Source of the DNA: Candidatus Thorarchaeota archaeon
Lineage (GTDB): Archaea; Asgardarchaeota; Thorarchaeia; Thorarchaeales; Thorarchaeaceae
DNA: 53,598 nucleotides
NCBI GenBank assembly: GCA_048882325.1
Contig: JBHLRS010000022.1
Location: forward strand, 1-53,598
Reading direction: 5' to 3'
Part shown: positions 39,072-49,294 of the stretch, piece after piece
Layout: each line of letters starts with the position of its first letter
How positions within the stretch are numbered: the first letter of the stretch is position 1
Notes under the pieces: generated by a model
Told to the model about the DNA's origin: nothing
The model's database searches: none
What the model saw: the letters and a program-made list of their open reading frames with translations, nothing else
Position numbers and translations under genes: made by a program

Positions 39072-39614
39072 TCAGTCAGCTTTTACTTGGGAGTCTTCTA
39101 GTACTTTAGTTGATAGTATCGTTCTTGTAATATCACGAAGCTGCTCAGCATTTCGTCTTGCTTCTTTTGATAATGCTGTTAAAGCTTGGATAGCGTCTTT
39201 TTCACCCTCACCGACTGATACCTGCATAGCATTTGTTTCATTAAGAATGCCTTCTAGTTCTACGCCAAGCCTTCGAATTCCAAACATGATGAGTCCGGAT
39301 AAACCTTCACTCAATGCATACAGTGTAGGTCTCCTACCTCGACCTTCTTGACTAGTATCAATACGGGTTTCAGTGAATCCAAGAGATCTTAGTTGAGAAA
39401 TTGCTACACTGATACTCCCCCTGGAGTATCCAGTAATACTAGCTAGTTCCTCTGGTGATAGTGCGTCATTGGACCAGTAGTATTCTGTAAGTAGAACTGA
39501 AAGGATATCTCTAGCGGCTTCTGAAAGGCCAATCCATTGGAGATGTTTTTTGCATATCCGTAGAAATTTGATATATAACACTGAATCTCTATTCGTCATT
39601 TGATTTACTACCAT
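39072..39614 (-). CDS. Winged-helix regulator (GbsR/MarR-like), paralogue of 29048..29599
   Basis: LSPEELASITGYSRGSISVAISQLRSLGF...GRGRRPTLYAL. Confidence 0.87.
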   Translation of the reverse strand: MVVNQMTNRDSVLYIKFLRICKKHLQWIGLSEAARDILSVLLTEYYWSNDALSPEELASITGYSRGSISVAISQLRSLGFTETRIDTSQEGRGRRPTLYALSEGLSGLIMFGIRRLGVELEGILNETNAMQVSVGEGEKDAIQALTALSKEARRNAEQLRDITRTILSTKVLEDSQVKAD

Positions 39615-39693
39615 TTCTAGCCGGTAGCTAGTGTTTTCAAACTAGAAACCTTCAGGATACATTTAAATCTTCTTATATTATAAACATTTCTGA

Positions 39694-39718
39694 AAATATT
39701 CGTATTAAATGAATATTT
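39694..39718. promoter_or_regulatory. Inverted repeat in a divergent promoter
   Basis: AAATATTC-N9-GAATATTT just downstream of TTATATTATAAA. Confidence 0.4.
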
Positions 39719-39808
39719 GTATTAGTTTGTGGTATGATGTGTAGGTGTTGTGTAAGGTTAATGAAGGTTAGAAGAACGAAGCGCATTCAACCTTCTACCT
39801 AATAGGAG

Positions 39809-42800
39809 ATGGACGACATGAATATTCGCATCCTAGTTATCGATGATGATGAAGACCTTCTTTTTATTGCTGAGCAGTATCTTACGGTGCAAGATTCAGA
39901 TTTCCAACTTGTTCAGGTTTCGACTGCACAAAAGGCTCTCCAATTATTGGACGAGGAATCGTTTGATGCAGTGATATGTGATTTCTATCTTGGATCAGAT
40001 CAGTTGAATGGGCTTCAAATCCTTGAATGGTTAAGAGAACATGGCTCTGCAACACCATTTATCATCTTCACTGGTAGGAGCAGAGAGGAGATTGCAATTC
40101 AAGCCCTCAATCTTGGTGCGGACTACTATTTGGAGAAAGGAGATGACTTAGAGGGGCTGTTTACAGAGATAGGGCACCACATAAAAAACGTCGTCAGAAG
40201 TAGACGCACAGAAGATGCGCTTCGTGAAAGCGAAGAGAAATATCGAAATCTTCTTGAAAATCTACCACAGAGGGTTTTCTACAAGGATAGGAATTCTGCA
40301 TACATTGCTGTGAATCCTGCTTTTGCTTCAGATTTCGATTTAAGTATAGCAGATATTATAGGCAAGACGGATTATGATCTTTATCCGGAAGAGGTGGCGG
40401 ATCTTTATACATCAAGCGATCAAAAAATATTGGAGTCTAGAGAGCCACATGAAACTGACCAATATGATTTCGAAGATACTGAGAAGATATTCCACATCAT
40501 TAAGACTCCTGTTCTAGATGATCATGATAATGTTATAGGAATCCTCGGGATTCTCTGGGATATTACAGAACGAAAGGCCGCAGAGAAGGCATTGCGAGAT
40601 AGTGAGGGAAAATACCGTCTGCTGTTTGAGAACCTTTCAGATGGACTTGTTATCACTGATGTCAAGGGAATCATAACCATGTCCAATCCACAGACTGCTT
40701 CAATATTCGGTTATGCTTCAGCAGAACTCATGGGTTCGCACATCACGGCCTACATTCATCCTGATGATAGAGACCAGATCATGAATTTGTTGAGAGAGTC
40801 TCCTGCCGCAAAGCAAGCTGGTCCTGAGGGTGTTGAAGTAAGAGGCGTGAAAAAAGATGGATCAGAGATTATCTGCCATGTGGTGAATTCGGTCTTAATG
40901 AAGAATGAAGGACCAATTGGATATCAAAGCATTATTAGAGATATAACGGATAGCAAACGAGCTGGTGACGCGCTCAAAGAGAGTGAAGCCAAATATAGAA
41001 CGCTTGTAGAGTCAATGCTTGACTTAGTTTTTGTGCTAGACAGGAATAACCGCTACTCTCAGGTTTACTTTGGTGATTCTTCAAACCTTGTCGCACCTTC
41101 TGAAGAACTTCTTGGGCGTTCGGTTCGAGAAATACTACCAAGAGAGGCCGCAGGACGGTTTGAAGAAGCATCACGAGTAGCCAGAGAAACTGGAAAAGGG
41201 GGAGAGTTTGATTACCAACAAGAGATTAATGGATCTAACAAATGGTTCTCAGCCAGGATTAGTCTTCATGAAGATGGCGAGAGTATTGTAGCAACTGTTA
41301 CGAATATAACTGAGAGAAAGAAAATAGAAAATGAATTGAGGATTGCAGAGAAAGAGTGGAGAAATACTTTTGATTCGATTCCCGAATGGGTTTCGGTTTT
41401 GAATAATGAGTTTGAGATAACAAGAGCCAACAAGATAATGGCTGAGTCTTTAGGACTCGAACCGGAAGAACTCATAGGCAAGAAGTGTTACGAGGTCATT
41501 CACAAAACATCCGCGCCATTTCCTGGGTGTCCTCACCTTTCTACATTAGAAACAGGTCAACCAGCATCATCTGAGATATATGATCCAGCGGTAGGAGTGC
41601 CCCTCCTTGTCACAACCTCACCAATATGTGATGATAATGGTGAACAGATAGGGATTGTTCATATTGCCAAAGATATCTCTGCACAAGTCAAAGCTGATGA
41701 AAGAATAAGAAAAAGTGAAACTAAATTCAGAGTTCTTTTTGAGAATGCAGGAATTGGAATGGCGCAAGTTTCGATGGATGGAAAAATACTCGCAGCAAAT
41801 AGAAGGCTTTCGGAAATTCTTGGGTATAATGTTGAAGAGCTTCTGAACATGGAAATTCCTGAAATCACTCACCCAGATGATATTGCAGAGGATGATAGAG
41901 CCCTTGAAGAAATGATAGAATCGGGAGCTTCAAGTTATCAAATAGAAAAAAGATACAAACGAAAAGATGGTGTAGTGGTTCTCGGTCAGTTGACAGTTAC
42001 AATGGTTAGTGATGAGGAAGGAACACCTCAGTTCACAATTGGCATGCTTGAAGACATCACTGAGCATAAGAGAATCCTCAAGGAGCTAGCAGTCAATGCA
42101 GATCTGCTCAGCACTATCTTTGAGATGTCACCTGTAGCGATTGATGTGTATGATGCTAATGGTGCTTTCCTCCGGGCTAACAAGTCCTGTCTAGACCTCT
42201 TCGGAATACGGGATGAAGCGGACCTTGAAAGGCACAATATATTCAATGACCCAAACATCACAGATGACCAAAAGCAAAGAATGCGAGAAGGAGAAATATT
42301 GAGGTTCGATGGTGTATTTGATTTTGATATCATAAAATGTAACAAGATATTTGACACATCAAAACAGGGCAAAGCCTGGTATGAAACTGTAATTTCTCCA
42401 CTTGGGATTGATATTGATGGAGTTCCATCTGGCTTTATTTTACACACACTAGACATCTCAGAACGAGTAATAGCTCTAAAAAGCCTACAAGAGAGTGAGG
42501 GAAAATTCCGTAGAGTCTTTGAGAGAGCTGGTATTGGCATGACATTAGTTGGATCAGATGACAGGATAATCGAGGCCAATTCAGCATATCAAAAGTTGGT
42601 TGGATACAGTCTTGATGAACTAAGAGATTTGAGAATTGCAGATTTTACGCACCCCGACGATGCATTTCTAGATGCAGTGTTATTCAAAGAAATTGTTGAA
42701 AAGAAGAGAGACACATATCAAATGAACAAACGCTACATTACCAAGACCGGGAGAATCACTTGGGTTAATCTGACGGTGACTGTTATCCGAGATGAGACTG

Positions 42801-45721
42801 AGAAGATTACACACATTATTGGCATGATTGAAGATATATCCGCTCAAAAGACTGCGGAAACAAGATTTCGGCATCTCTTTGAAACATCACCAATAGGAAT
42901 CGCGATTGTCGGATTGTCTGGTGAGATTTACAATGCGAACAAAGCCCTAGAGAATATACTCGGTTATTCAAACAATGAATTGGCAGAGTGTAATGTCGAA
43001 GATTTCACACATCCTGAGGACTGGGTAATCGAGAAGAATCTAGAACAGGAATTGATTGATGGGAAGAGTGATTCCTATGCCCTGGAAAAACGCTTCCATC
43101 ATAAGGATGGTCATATTGTCTGGGGGCGGTTGAGAGTTGCAGTCAAAAGAGATGATAACGGAGATCCAGAATTCGTTATTGGACTGGTCAGTGACATAAC
43201 TGAGGAAAAACTCTCCCAGCAGAAAATAGCACAATCAGAGGAAAGATTCAGAACTATGGCTGAGAACATTGCAGATGGCATACTGATATTTGAAGATGGA
43301 TCACTTGTATTTGCGAACGATAAAGCATCCGAGATCTATGGCTATACTTTGGATGAACTATCAGAAATGACTGCTTACGACTTGGTTGCAGAAGAAGAGA
43401 GAGATAAGATTATTGAAATGAGGCGGAAGTGGGACGAGGAAGGGCTTGCTACACCTAGTCTAAACTTATGGATCGAGAGAAAAGATGGCTCAAAGAGATA
43501 TGTGAGTAACCGATACGCACACACCTCGAGAGAAGATGGTAGGAGAATCGGTATCATCACTTCAACAGATATGACACAAGCAAAGTTAGCAGAAATTGCA
43601 CTCAAAATGAGCGAAACCAAATTCAGACAGGTGGTTGATTCCACTCCTCTTGGAGTACATATGTATGAGTTGAATAATGAAGGAGATCTTCTCTTCATTG
43701 GAGCAAATCCCGCAGCCGATAGAATCTTGGGTGTGGATCATTCTAAGTTTACAGGTTTGAAAATTGAGGAAGCGTTTCCAGCATCAGTAGAAACAGAAAT
43801 ACCTGCCAGATATCGAGAGATTGCGGAGAGTGGTTCAACATGGGATATCGAGAGAATTATTTATGAGGATGACGAGATCTCTGGAGCGTTTCAGGTTCAC
43901 GCGTTTCAAAGCGCACCTAACAAAATGGTTGCAATGTTTCTAGATATTACGGATAGGAAGATTGCTGAACATACTCTAACAATGAGCGAGGAGAATCTGA
44001 GAACGTTATTTGAAACAATTGAAGATAAGTTATTCATTATAGGCTTAGATGAGAAGATAATAACAGCAAACCAATCTGTAAGAGATGACCTCGGTTACAC
44101 CAAGGAAGAACTCATTGGACTTCCAGCAGTGCAACTTCATCCTCCTAATCGGAGAGTTGAAGCCGCAGCTATACTAAAAGAGATGATAGAAGGTAAGACG
44201 ACACATTGTCCAGTACCGCTAATGGCAAAAGATGGAACGATTCTTCATGTAGAAACTAAAATCACATTGGGAAAATGGCAGGGAGAGGATGTGCTTTTTG
44301 GGGTTTCTCGAGATATTTCTCAAAGATTGGCGGCAGAGAGAGCTCTCAAACACCAAATAGGTTTCTTGAATGAAGTTATTGAATCGTTGGATCATCCCTT
44401 CTACGTTATTGATGCAAATGATTATAGTGTAAAAATGGCAAACAAGGCAGCTCGTCTAGGGAATGGTCGAATTGGAGAATCTTGTTATGTATTGACCCAC
44501 CATAATTCAGAACCATGTTCAGATGTTAATCATCCTTGTCCGCTTGAAGAGGTACAGAGAACAAAGAGTGCTGTTATCACAGAGCATATCCACTATGATG
44601 AAGAAGGAAAACCGCACGATGTAGAGGTACATGGTCACCCCGTGATTGATGAAAAAGGCAAAGTCATCCAAATGATTGAATATTCACTTGATGTCACTAA
44701 ACAAAAGAGTGCTATCAGAGCTCTTGAGGCTAGTGAGCATAGATTCCGAGATTTGTTTGAGAAAGCTCCTCTTGGTTATCAAACATTGGGTGAGGATAGC
44801 ATGATTCTTGATGTTAACCAAGCTTGGCTCGATACAACCGGTTACGATAAGGATGATATTGTAGGTTTCCACTTTGGCCGTTTTTTGACACGCGAATCTC
44901 AGAGCAGATTCACAAATGCATTTTCCAATTCCAAAGAGAGTGGTGTCATGAGAAATGAAGAATTCGAAATGATCGCCAAAGATGGAAGAATATTGATGGT
45001 TAGATTCAATGGGAGAGTTTCTTATGATGATGAGGGTCAATTCAAACAAATCCACTGTATATTTCAAGACATCACGGATTGGAAAAGAGCAGATGATCTT
45101 CTAAAACGACAGAAGGAAGAATTGAGTGAACTTGCACATGTAATGTCTCACGATTTAGGTAATAAGATGAAGAACATACGCAACCTTGTTAAAATTGCCA
45201 AGAATAAGCCTAATGAAGATATACTGTTGAGAGTTGATAGCATTGCACAACAATCAGCGGAACTCCTCCAAGCTTCTGCAGACCTTGCTGATGCTGGTAT
45301 GATTGTTGAGAAACGGGTAAGTGTTGACTTGAATGAAGTAGTTAGAGAGATTGCTAAAACAACTATACCAGATACAATATCATTCCACTGTGATGATCTG
45401 CCAATTGTTCAAGGTAGTCCGGAGAAAATTGGTCAAATCTTCCAAAATTTGTTCACCAACGCAGTTGAACATGGAAAACCCTCTGTAATTGAAGTTAGGA
45501 GAGCTGAGCTTGCATCAGGTACTAATCTGGTTGTTACAAATGATGGAGTATCAATTCCAGATGATATAAGATCTAAGATTTTCAAAAGAGGGTTTACTAC
45601 AAAGGAGAGAGGCACTGGTCTGGGACTATCTATAGTAAAGAAGCTTGTTGAGGCTCATGGTTGGCGAGTTTCCTTAGATCCAGGATCTCCAACAGCTTTC
45701 AGTATAACTCTGCTCAACTAG
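39809..45721 (+). CDS. Giant hybrid sensor kinase REC-(PAS)x13-HisK-HATPase (1970 aa)
   Basis: IDDD/CDFY/FTGR receiver, 13 PAS units each ending in a DIT/DIS-like motif, MSHDLGN, NAVEHG, NDG, GFTT and GTGLGL. No TM. Confidence 0.95.
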   Translation: MDDMNIRILVIDDDEDLLFIAEQYLTVQDSDFQLVQVSTAQKALQLLDEESFDAVICDFYLGSDQLNGLQILEWLREHGSATPFIIFTGRSREEIAIQALNLGADYYLEKGDDLEGLFTEIGHHIKNVVRSRRTEDALRESEEKYRNLLENLPQRVFYKDRNSAYIAVNPAFASDFDLSIADIIGKTDYDLYPEEVADLYTSSDQKILESREPHETDQYDFEDTEKIFHIIKTPVLDDHDNVIGILGILWDITERKAAEKALRDSEGKYRLLFENLSDGLVITDVKGIITMSNPQTASIFGYASAELMGSHITAYIHPDDRDQIMNLLRESPAAKQAGPEGVEVRGVKKDGSEIICHVVNSVLMKNEGPIGYQSIIRDITDSKRAGDALKESEAKYRTLVESMLDLVFVLDRNNRYSQVYFGDSSNLVAPSEELLGRSVREILPREAAGRFEEASRVARETGKGGEFDYQQEINGSNKWFSARISLHEDGESIVATVTNITERKKIENELRIAEKEWRNTFDSIPEWVSVLNNEFEITRANKIMAESLGLEPEELIGKKCYEVIHKTSAPFPGCPHLSTLETGQPASSEIYDPAVGVPLLVTTSPICDDNGEQIGIVHIAKDISAQVKADERIRKSETKFRVLFENAGIGMAQVSMDGKILAANRRLSEILGYNVEELLNMEIPEITHPDDIAEDDRALEEMIESGASSYQIEKRYKRKDGVVVLGQLTVTMVSDEEGTPQFTIGMLEDITEHKRILKELAVNADLLSTIFEMSPVAIDVYDANGAFLRANKSCLDLFGIRDEADLERHNIFNDPNITDDQKQRMREGEILRFDGVFDFDIIKCNKIFDTSKQGKAWYETVISPLGIDIDGVPSGFILHTLDISERVIALKSLQESEGKFRRVFERAGIGMTLVGSDDRIIEANSAYQKLVGYSLDELRDLRIADFTHPDDAFLDAVLFKEIVEKKRDTYQMNKRYITKTGRITWVNLTVTVIRDETEKITHIIGMIEDISAQKTAETRFRHLFETSPIGIAIVGLSGEIYNANKALENILGYSNNELAECNVEDFTHPEDWVIEKNLEQELIDGKSDSYALEKRFHHKDGHIVWGRLRVAVKRDDNGDPEFVIGLVSDITEEKLSQQKIAQSEERFRTMAENIADGILIFEDGSLVFANDKASEIYGYTLDELSEMTAYDLVAEEERDKIIEMRRKWDEEGLATPSLNLWIERKDGSKRYVSNRYAHTSREDGRRIGIITSTDMTQAKLAEIALKMSETKFRQVVDSTPLGVHMYELNNEGDLLFIGANPAADRILGVDHSKFTGLKIEEAFPASVETEIPARYREIAESGSTWDIERIIYEDDEISGAFQVHAFQSAPNKMVAMFLDITDRKIAEHTLTMSEENLRTLFETIEDKLFIIGLDEKIITANQSVRDDLGYTKEELIGLPAVQLHPPNRRVEAAAILKEMIEGKTTHCPVPLMAKDGTILHVETKITLGKWQGEDVLFGVSRDISQRLAAERALKHQIGFLNEVIESLDHPFYVIDANDYSVKMANKAARLGNGRIGESCYVLTHHNSEPCSDVNHPCPLEEVQRTKSAVITEHIHYDEEGKPHDVEVHGHPVIDEKGKVIQMIEYSLDVTKQKSAIRALEASEHRFRDLFEKAPLGYQTLGEDSMILDVNQAWLDTTGYDKDDIVGFHFGRFLTRESQSRFTNAFSNSKESGVMRNEEFEMIAKDGRILMVRFNGRVSYDDEGQFKQIHCIFQDITDWKRADDLLKRQKEELSELAHVMSHDLGNKMKNIRNLVKIAKNKPNEDILLRVDSIAQQSAELLQASADLADAGMIVEKRVSVDLNEVVREIAKTTIPDTISFHCDDLPIVQGSPEKIGQIFQNLFTNAVEHGKPSVIEVRRAELASGTNLVVTNDGVSIPDDIRSKIFKRGFTTKERGTGLGLSIVKKLVEAHGWRVSLDPGSPTAFSITLLN

Positions 45722-45851
45722 AAATACTAGCTAATCCGGATACATCAGGAAGAGTGAAGGGAGGCAGGAGCGACGTTTATAGGGATGCATAGAACCAATC
45801 GTTTTGGGAGGAGTATAACGAGGTTGGAGCTCTGAGAGGTTCAATCTGATG

Positions 45852-46058
45852 TCAGCCCCCGCCATGTCCTTCACTCAGTTTTTGGTTGTTTCCAAGGGTG
45901 GTTTCTTTCAAACTCAGCAAAGAATTCTCTATATCTCTAATAAAAGAAGATTCAGAGAAAAATTGGTGAAAGAGTTTGCAAGCAATGCACTCACCTTCTG
46001 TATACTCATTATCATACTCATTCAAGGTCTGAATGAGTTTTTCCAATCTAACAGTCAT
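45852..46058 (-). CDS. Small hypothetical protein with CxxC
   Basis: 68 aa, GGGTGA RBS upstream, ECIAC motif. Confidence 0.5.
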   Translation of the reverse strand: MTVRLEKLIQTLNEYDNEYTEGECIACKLFHQFFSESSFIRDIENSLLSLKETTLGNNQKLSEGHGGG

Positions 46059-46336
46059 CTCATTTCACCCTTGGAGGATGATGAACAAATAACATTCAAC
46101 ATTATTAAATATTTTGGATATATATGAAATATAATAATATTAAGAGTGGGAGGCACAAGTCTTTCGAGAGCAGAATGGAAGATGATAAGACATCAAAAAT
46201 GGGTTGCAGAAATCGGACCTGAGGACATTATATTAGCAGTCTTTACGAGTACTCAAAGAAATCGAAATCTTCGAACAGCTTAAAGCAATGGACCCAAACC
46301 TAATTAGAAGGATACTCATAATTCAGTATATCACGC

Positions 46337-49234
46337 TTGGATGGTGTTAGTTTGGGTCTGAAAGATGCAATCACAGACTACTTCGCCACACGACCTCGAG
46401 CGAAGAAGGTACTAGGAATAGCTACTGCAATAGCCACAAACTTTGCGATGATTGGGTCTGGATCAGCTGTACTGGCGATTGCAGCAGGTTCTATTGCAAA
46501 GGCAAGAGAGGATGACCAACGAATCCGGTCCGATCAGCTAATGGATTTCTTCAAGGAAGCAATTCAGGACCCAGAGGTAAGAGATTCACTCAAGGACGCA
46601 GTTCAGGAAGGGGGCGTTGCAGTTGCAGCTCCCGTTTCTACTGCTCTGAATCAACTAGGCGCATATATGCCCGAAACTGGTCAGTTTGTTGACACCATGA
46701 GGTCTGACATCACCGTCGTACTGCAGGGTCTTGGAATCCTTCAGGATATGCTCTCATACTATGAGATTCCGGACTCTCAGAATCGAATTGTGAATGTATG
46801 GAGGCTACCTCTCTATCTCGATGAGGTTCTCGTCATTGAGGATGCACTCCAATCTGTGATTGACACAGCAGTGAGATACGCGAGGGATGGGGCGAATGTT
46901 GTCATCCTTGGAGCACCAGGTTCTGGAAAGACCACTGCAATGTATGCAATCTGGAAGGAGCTGGACAGAGAGATGGACACTGCTCTTGTTTGGGATACAA
47001 AAGATGTGGCCAGAACTCATGAGAGGGATGGTGTAGTTCTCTTCAGTGACGACCTACCAGAAACTAGAGAGCTTGCCAAAGCTATTGTTGAAAAAGATGC
47101 ACAGGGAATTATCACAACAGCTCGAGAGCAGGATTGGTCAAGACTTCCTATTGACCTGAGAAGTAAATTCCATCCAATCAATCTTCCGAACATATCAGAT
47201 GAGGTAATGACAGAGATAGCATCAAAGCATCTTGAAAGTCAAGGCATCAGCTATGGGAAGAACGTTCTGCAAACAATTGTAGAGAGTTCTCAGGGCAGTC
47301 CAATCTACATTCGATATTTGGTCGAGGAAATTGGCTCAGAGATTAAGACGGGTGTTCTAAACAAACTGACAGCTAAGCGTGTAAAGACTGCACCAAAAGG
47401 AATGACAGATTATGTAGCAGGTATTCTAGCGCGAATCCTGTTCGAACTAGACGGCACCATATACAAACCTAAGGCTGGTGCTCTACCTGTCATCAAATCA
47501 CTTCTTTGCCTCGCAGACATGCCAAACTATGAAACACATGAGGTTCACTTGAACCAGATGTTCTTCGCACTGAAGCAGCCCTCTGACAGCCCAGGTCCGT
47601 TCAATGCCTTCAAGCAGTATCTCTCCCGAGATCCACGATTCTATTCTCTGAAATTTATGCACGACACTCTTGCTGATGTTCTTAGAGGAAAAGTTGACCA
47701 TCCAGTGGTGGGTGATATCCGCTTGGTCGCACAAGAGATGGGCGTTGCTGGACGACGGAATATTGAGGTGCAGGCACTGGATGATGGATGGGAACATGTG
47801 AAGGCTGAATTTGAGGTGGACCGAGCTGGGAGCCTCGACCTTGTGTTGGCCTATGCGTATTTTGCTACAAAGAACTTTGGTATAGACCGAATAGACCCAG
47901 TCGCCTTGAGCTTAGCCAATCAGCATCTTGAGAATCCCATTAGTCAAGGACTATTCGCTCTGACTGGTCCTATCTCAGAGGTACCAGTTGCGGAACCGAA
48001 ACCAGATGTTGTTTCAGAAACGCCAAAGACCAGCCCTCAGGAACCACAAGACTCGCTTCCAGATAGTATTGAGCGATTAATCAAAGAAAGAATCGAAGCG
48101 GTAGGCGCTGGTGCTGCGGATCCAGTTCAAATTGCTAAAGATCTAGAGAATCTGAAGGAACTCGAAAAACTGGGAAACATTGGGGGTATTGTTAGCAAGG
48201 CAATTGAGTCATCCATGTCAGCATCCAAAGAAGTGAGGAAGACAAGTCTAGACCTATTGGAGGAGGCAATTAAGGACGAATCAATAACTCCGGGGCGACT
48301 AGCAAGAAGAGTTTTGAAGGCATGTCGTAGGATAATGGTGTTTAGTGATTCAGGGAAACTCACCGGAGAGAAGGAAAAGGGGGACCTGATTACAGCTGGC
48401 GCGAAAAAACTAGCCACCCTCGATCACGAGAGGTTTTTGGACAATTTAGACATAATCTTTGAAGCATTGGCATTAACTCTAGGAGAAGAAGAGTCCTCTG
48501 ATATAGTCACACAGATTTCCACAGAAATTCCAATTGATCAACTTGACGAGAACAGTCGAAAGAAACTTGATGACGCCTACACGAAGGAAATGCAGCAATC
48601 AGCCAAGCTTGGTGACCATTCAGGAATGCTTGCTCATCTAAGAAACAAATGGAAACTTCTTGGATTCGACCATGATGATCTCTCTTTTGTGTCAGATGAA
48701 TTTGGTAGATTAATGAAACGAGGGCGTGCGAAACTAGCATTGAATGAACTTGAGAATTTGAATGCAATCTTGGGAGGAAGCGACATTGAGGTCAGGATTG
48801 GAATGACCCTGCAGGCATTCAAGAATCTGTCAAAAGCTGCTGTGAGGGACAGAGATCACTTTAATTCAATAATCGATGCTGCATTGAAACTGTTTGAGCA
48901 ACTTGTTTCAAGCATTGATGAATGTGACCAAGCTATTTGCGAGGAGCTGATTCAAAGTCAAGCGATTGCAGATTTGTGTTTGGCTTCTGTATCAAGCACA
49001 AGCAGTTTGATGGGTACCTATGCAAAGAGTCCCGGGAAATCAGTAGCCGCGGCAGCAGCATATCCCCTGCTTCATGAGGCTGTGAACCCCCTAGTTTCCT
49101 TAGCACTAAAGACTCTGAAGCAAAATGGTAGTGAGAAGACCATAAAGTCTGTCAAGATTGCAATCAGTAAATTCAAAGGTCAGAGTTCAGTCAAGGACGC
49201 GATGATTGCTGAGGCAAAGTCATACTTTGGATAG
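46337..49234 (+). CDS. STAND-class P-loop NTPase (NB-ARC/NLR-like) with a helical C-terminus
   Basis: Walker A GAPGSGKT, Walker B VVLFSDD, sensor-1 IITTAR, GxP motif SQGSPIY and winged-helix FMHD. Confidence 0.8.
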   Translation: MDGVSLGLKDAITDYFATRPRAKKVLGIATAIATNFAMIGSGSAVLAIAAGSIAKAREDDQRIRSDQLMDFFKEAIQDPEVRDSLKDAVQEGGVAVAAPVSTALNQLGAYMPETGQFVDTMRSDITVVLQGLGILQDMLSYYEIPDSQNRIVNVWRLPLYLDEVLVIEDALQSVIDTAVRYARDGANVVILGAPGSGKTTAMYAIWKELDREMDTALVWDTKDVARTHERDGVVLFSDDLPETRELAKAIVEKDAQGIITTAREQDWSRLPIDLRSKFHPINLPNISDEVMTEIASKHLESQGISYGKNVLQTIVESSQGSPIYIRYLVEEIGSEIKTGVLNKLTAKRVKTAPKGMTDYVAGILARILFELDGTIYKPKAGALPVIKSLLCLADMPNYETHEVHLNQMFFALKQPSDSPGPFNAFKQYLSRDPRFYSLKFMHDTLADVLRGKVDHPVVGDIRLVAQEMGVAGRRNIEVQALDDGWEHVKAEFEVDRAGSLDLVLAYAYFATKNFGIDRIDPVALSLANQHLENPISQGLFALTGPISEVPVAEPKPDVVSETPKTSPQEPQDSLPDSIERLIKERIEAVGAGAADPVQIAKDLENLKELEKLGNIGGIVSKAIESSMSASKEVRKTSLDLLEEAIKDESITPGRLARRVLKACRRIMVFSDSGKLTGEKEKGDLITAGAKKLATLDHERFLDNLDIIFEALALTLGEEESSDIVTQISTEIPIDQLDENSRKKLDDAYTKEMQQSAKLGDHSGMLAHLRNKWKLLGFDHDDLSFVSDEFGRLMKRGRAKLALNELENLNAILGGSDIEVRIGMTLQAFKNLSKAAVRDRDHFNSIIDAALKLFEQLVSSIDECDQAICEELIQSQAIADLCLASVSSTSSLMGTYAKSPGKSVAAAAAYPLLHEAVNPLVSLALKTLKQNGSEKTIKSVKIAISKFKGQSSVKDAMIAEAKSYFG

Positions 49235-49294
49235 ATAGCGCGCTTCCAGAAATTTGTGAACATGACTATAAGATGCAACTCAGAATATATCTCC

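Noticed and set aside
45777-45854. Selenocysteine read-through at the TGA of 45852..46058
   Set aside because: There is no redox motif around the codon, no SECIS was recognised, and the downstream peptide is unconvincing.
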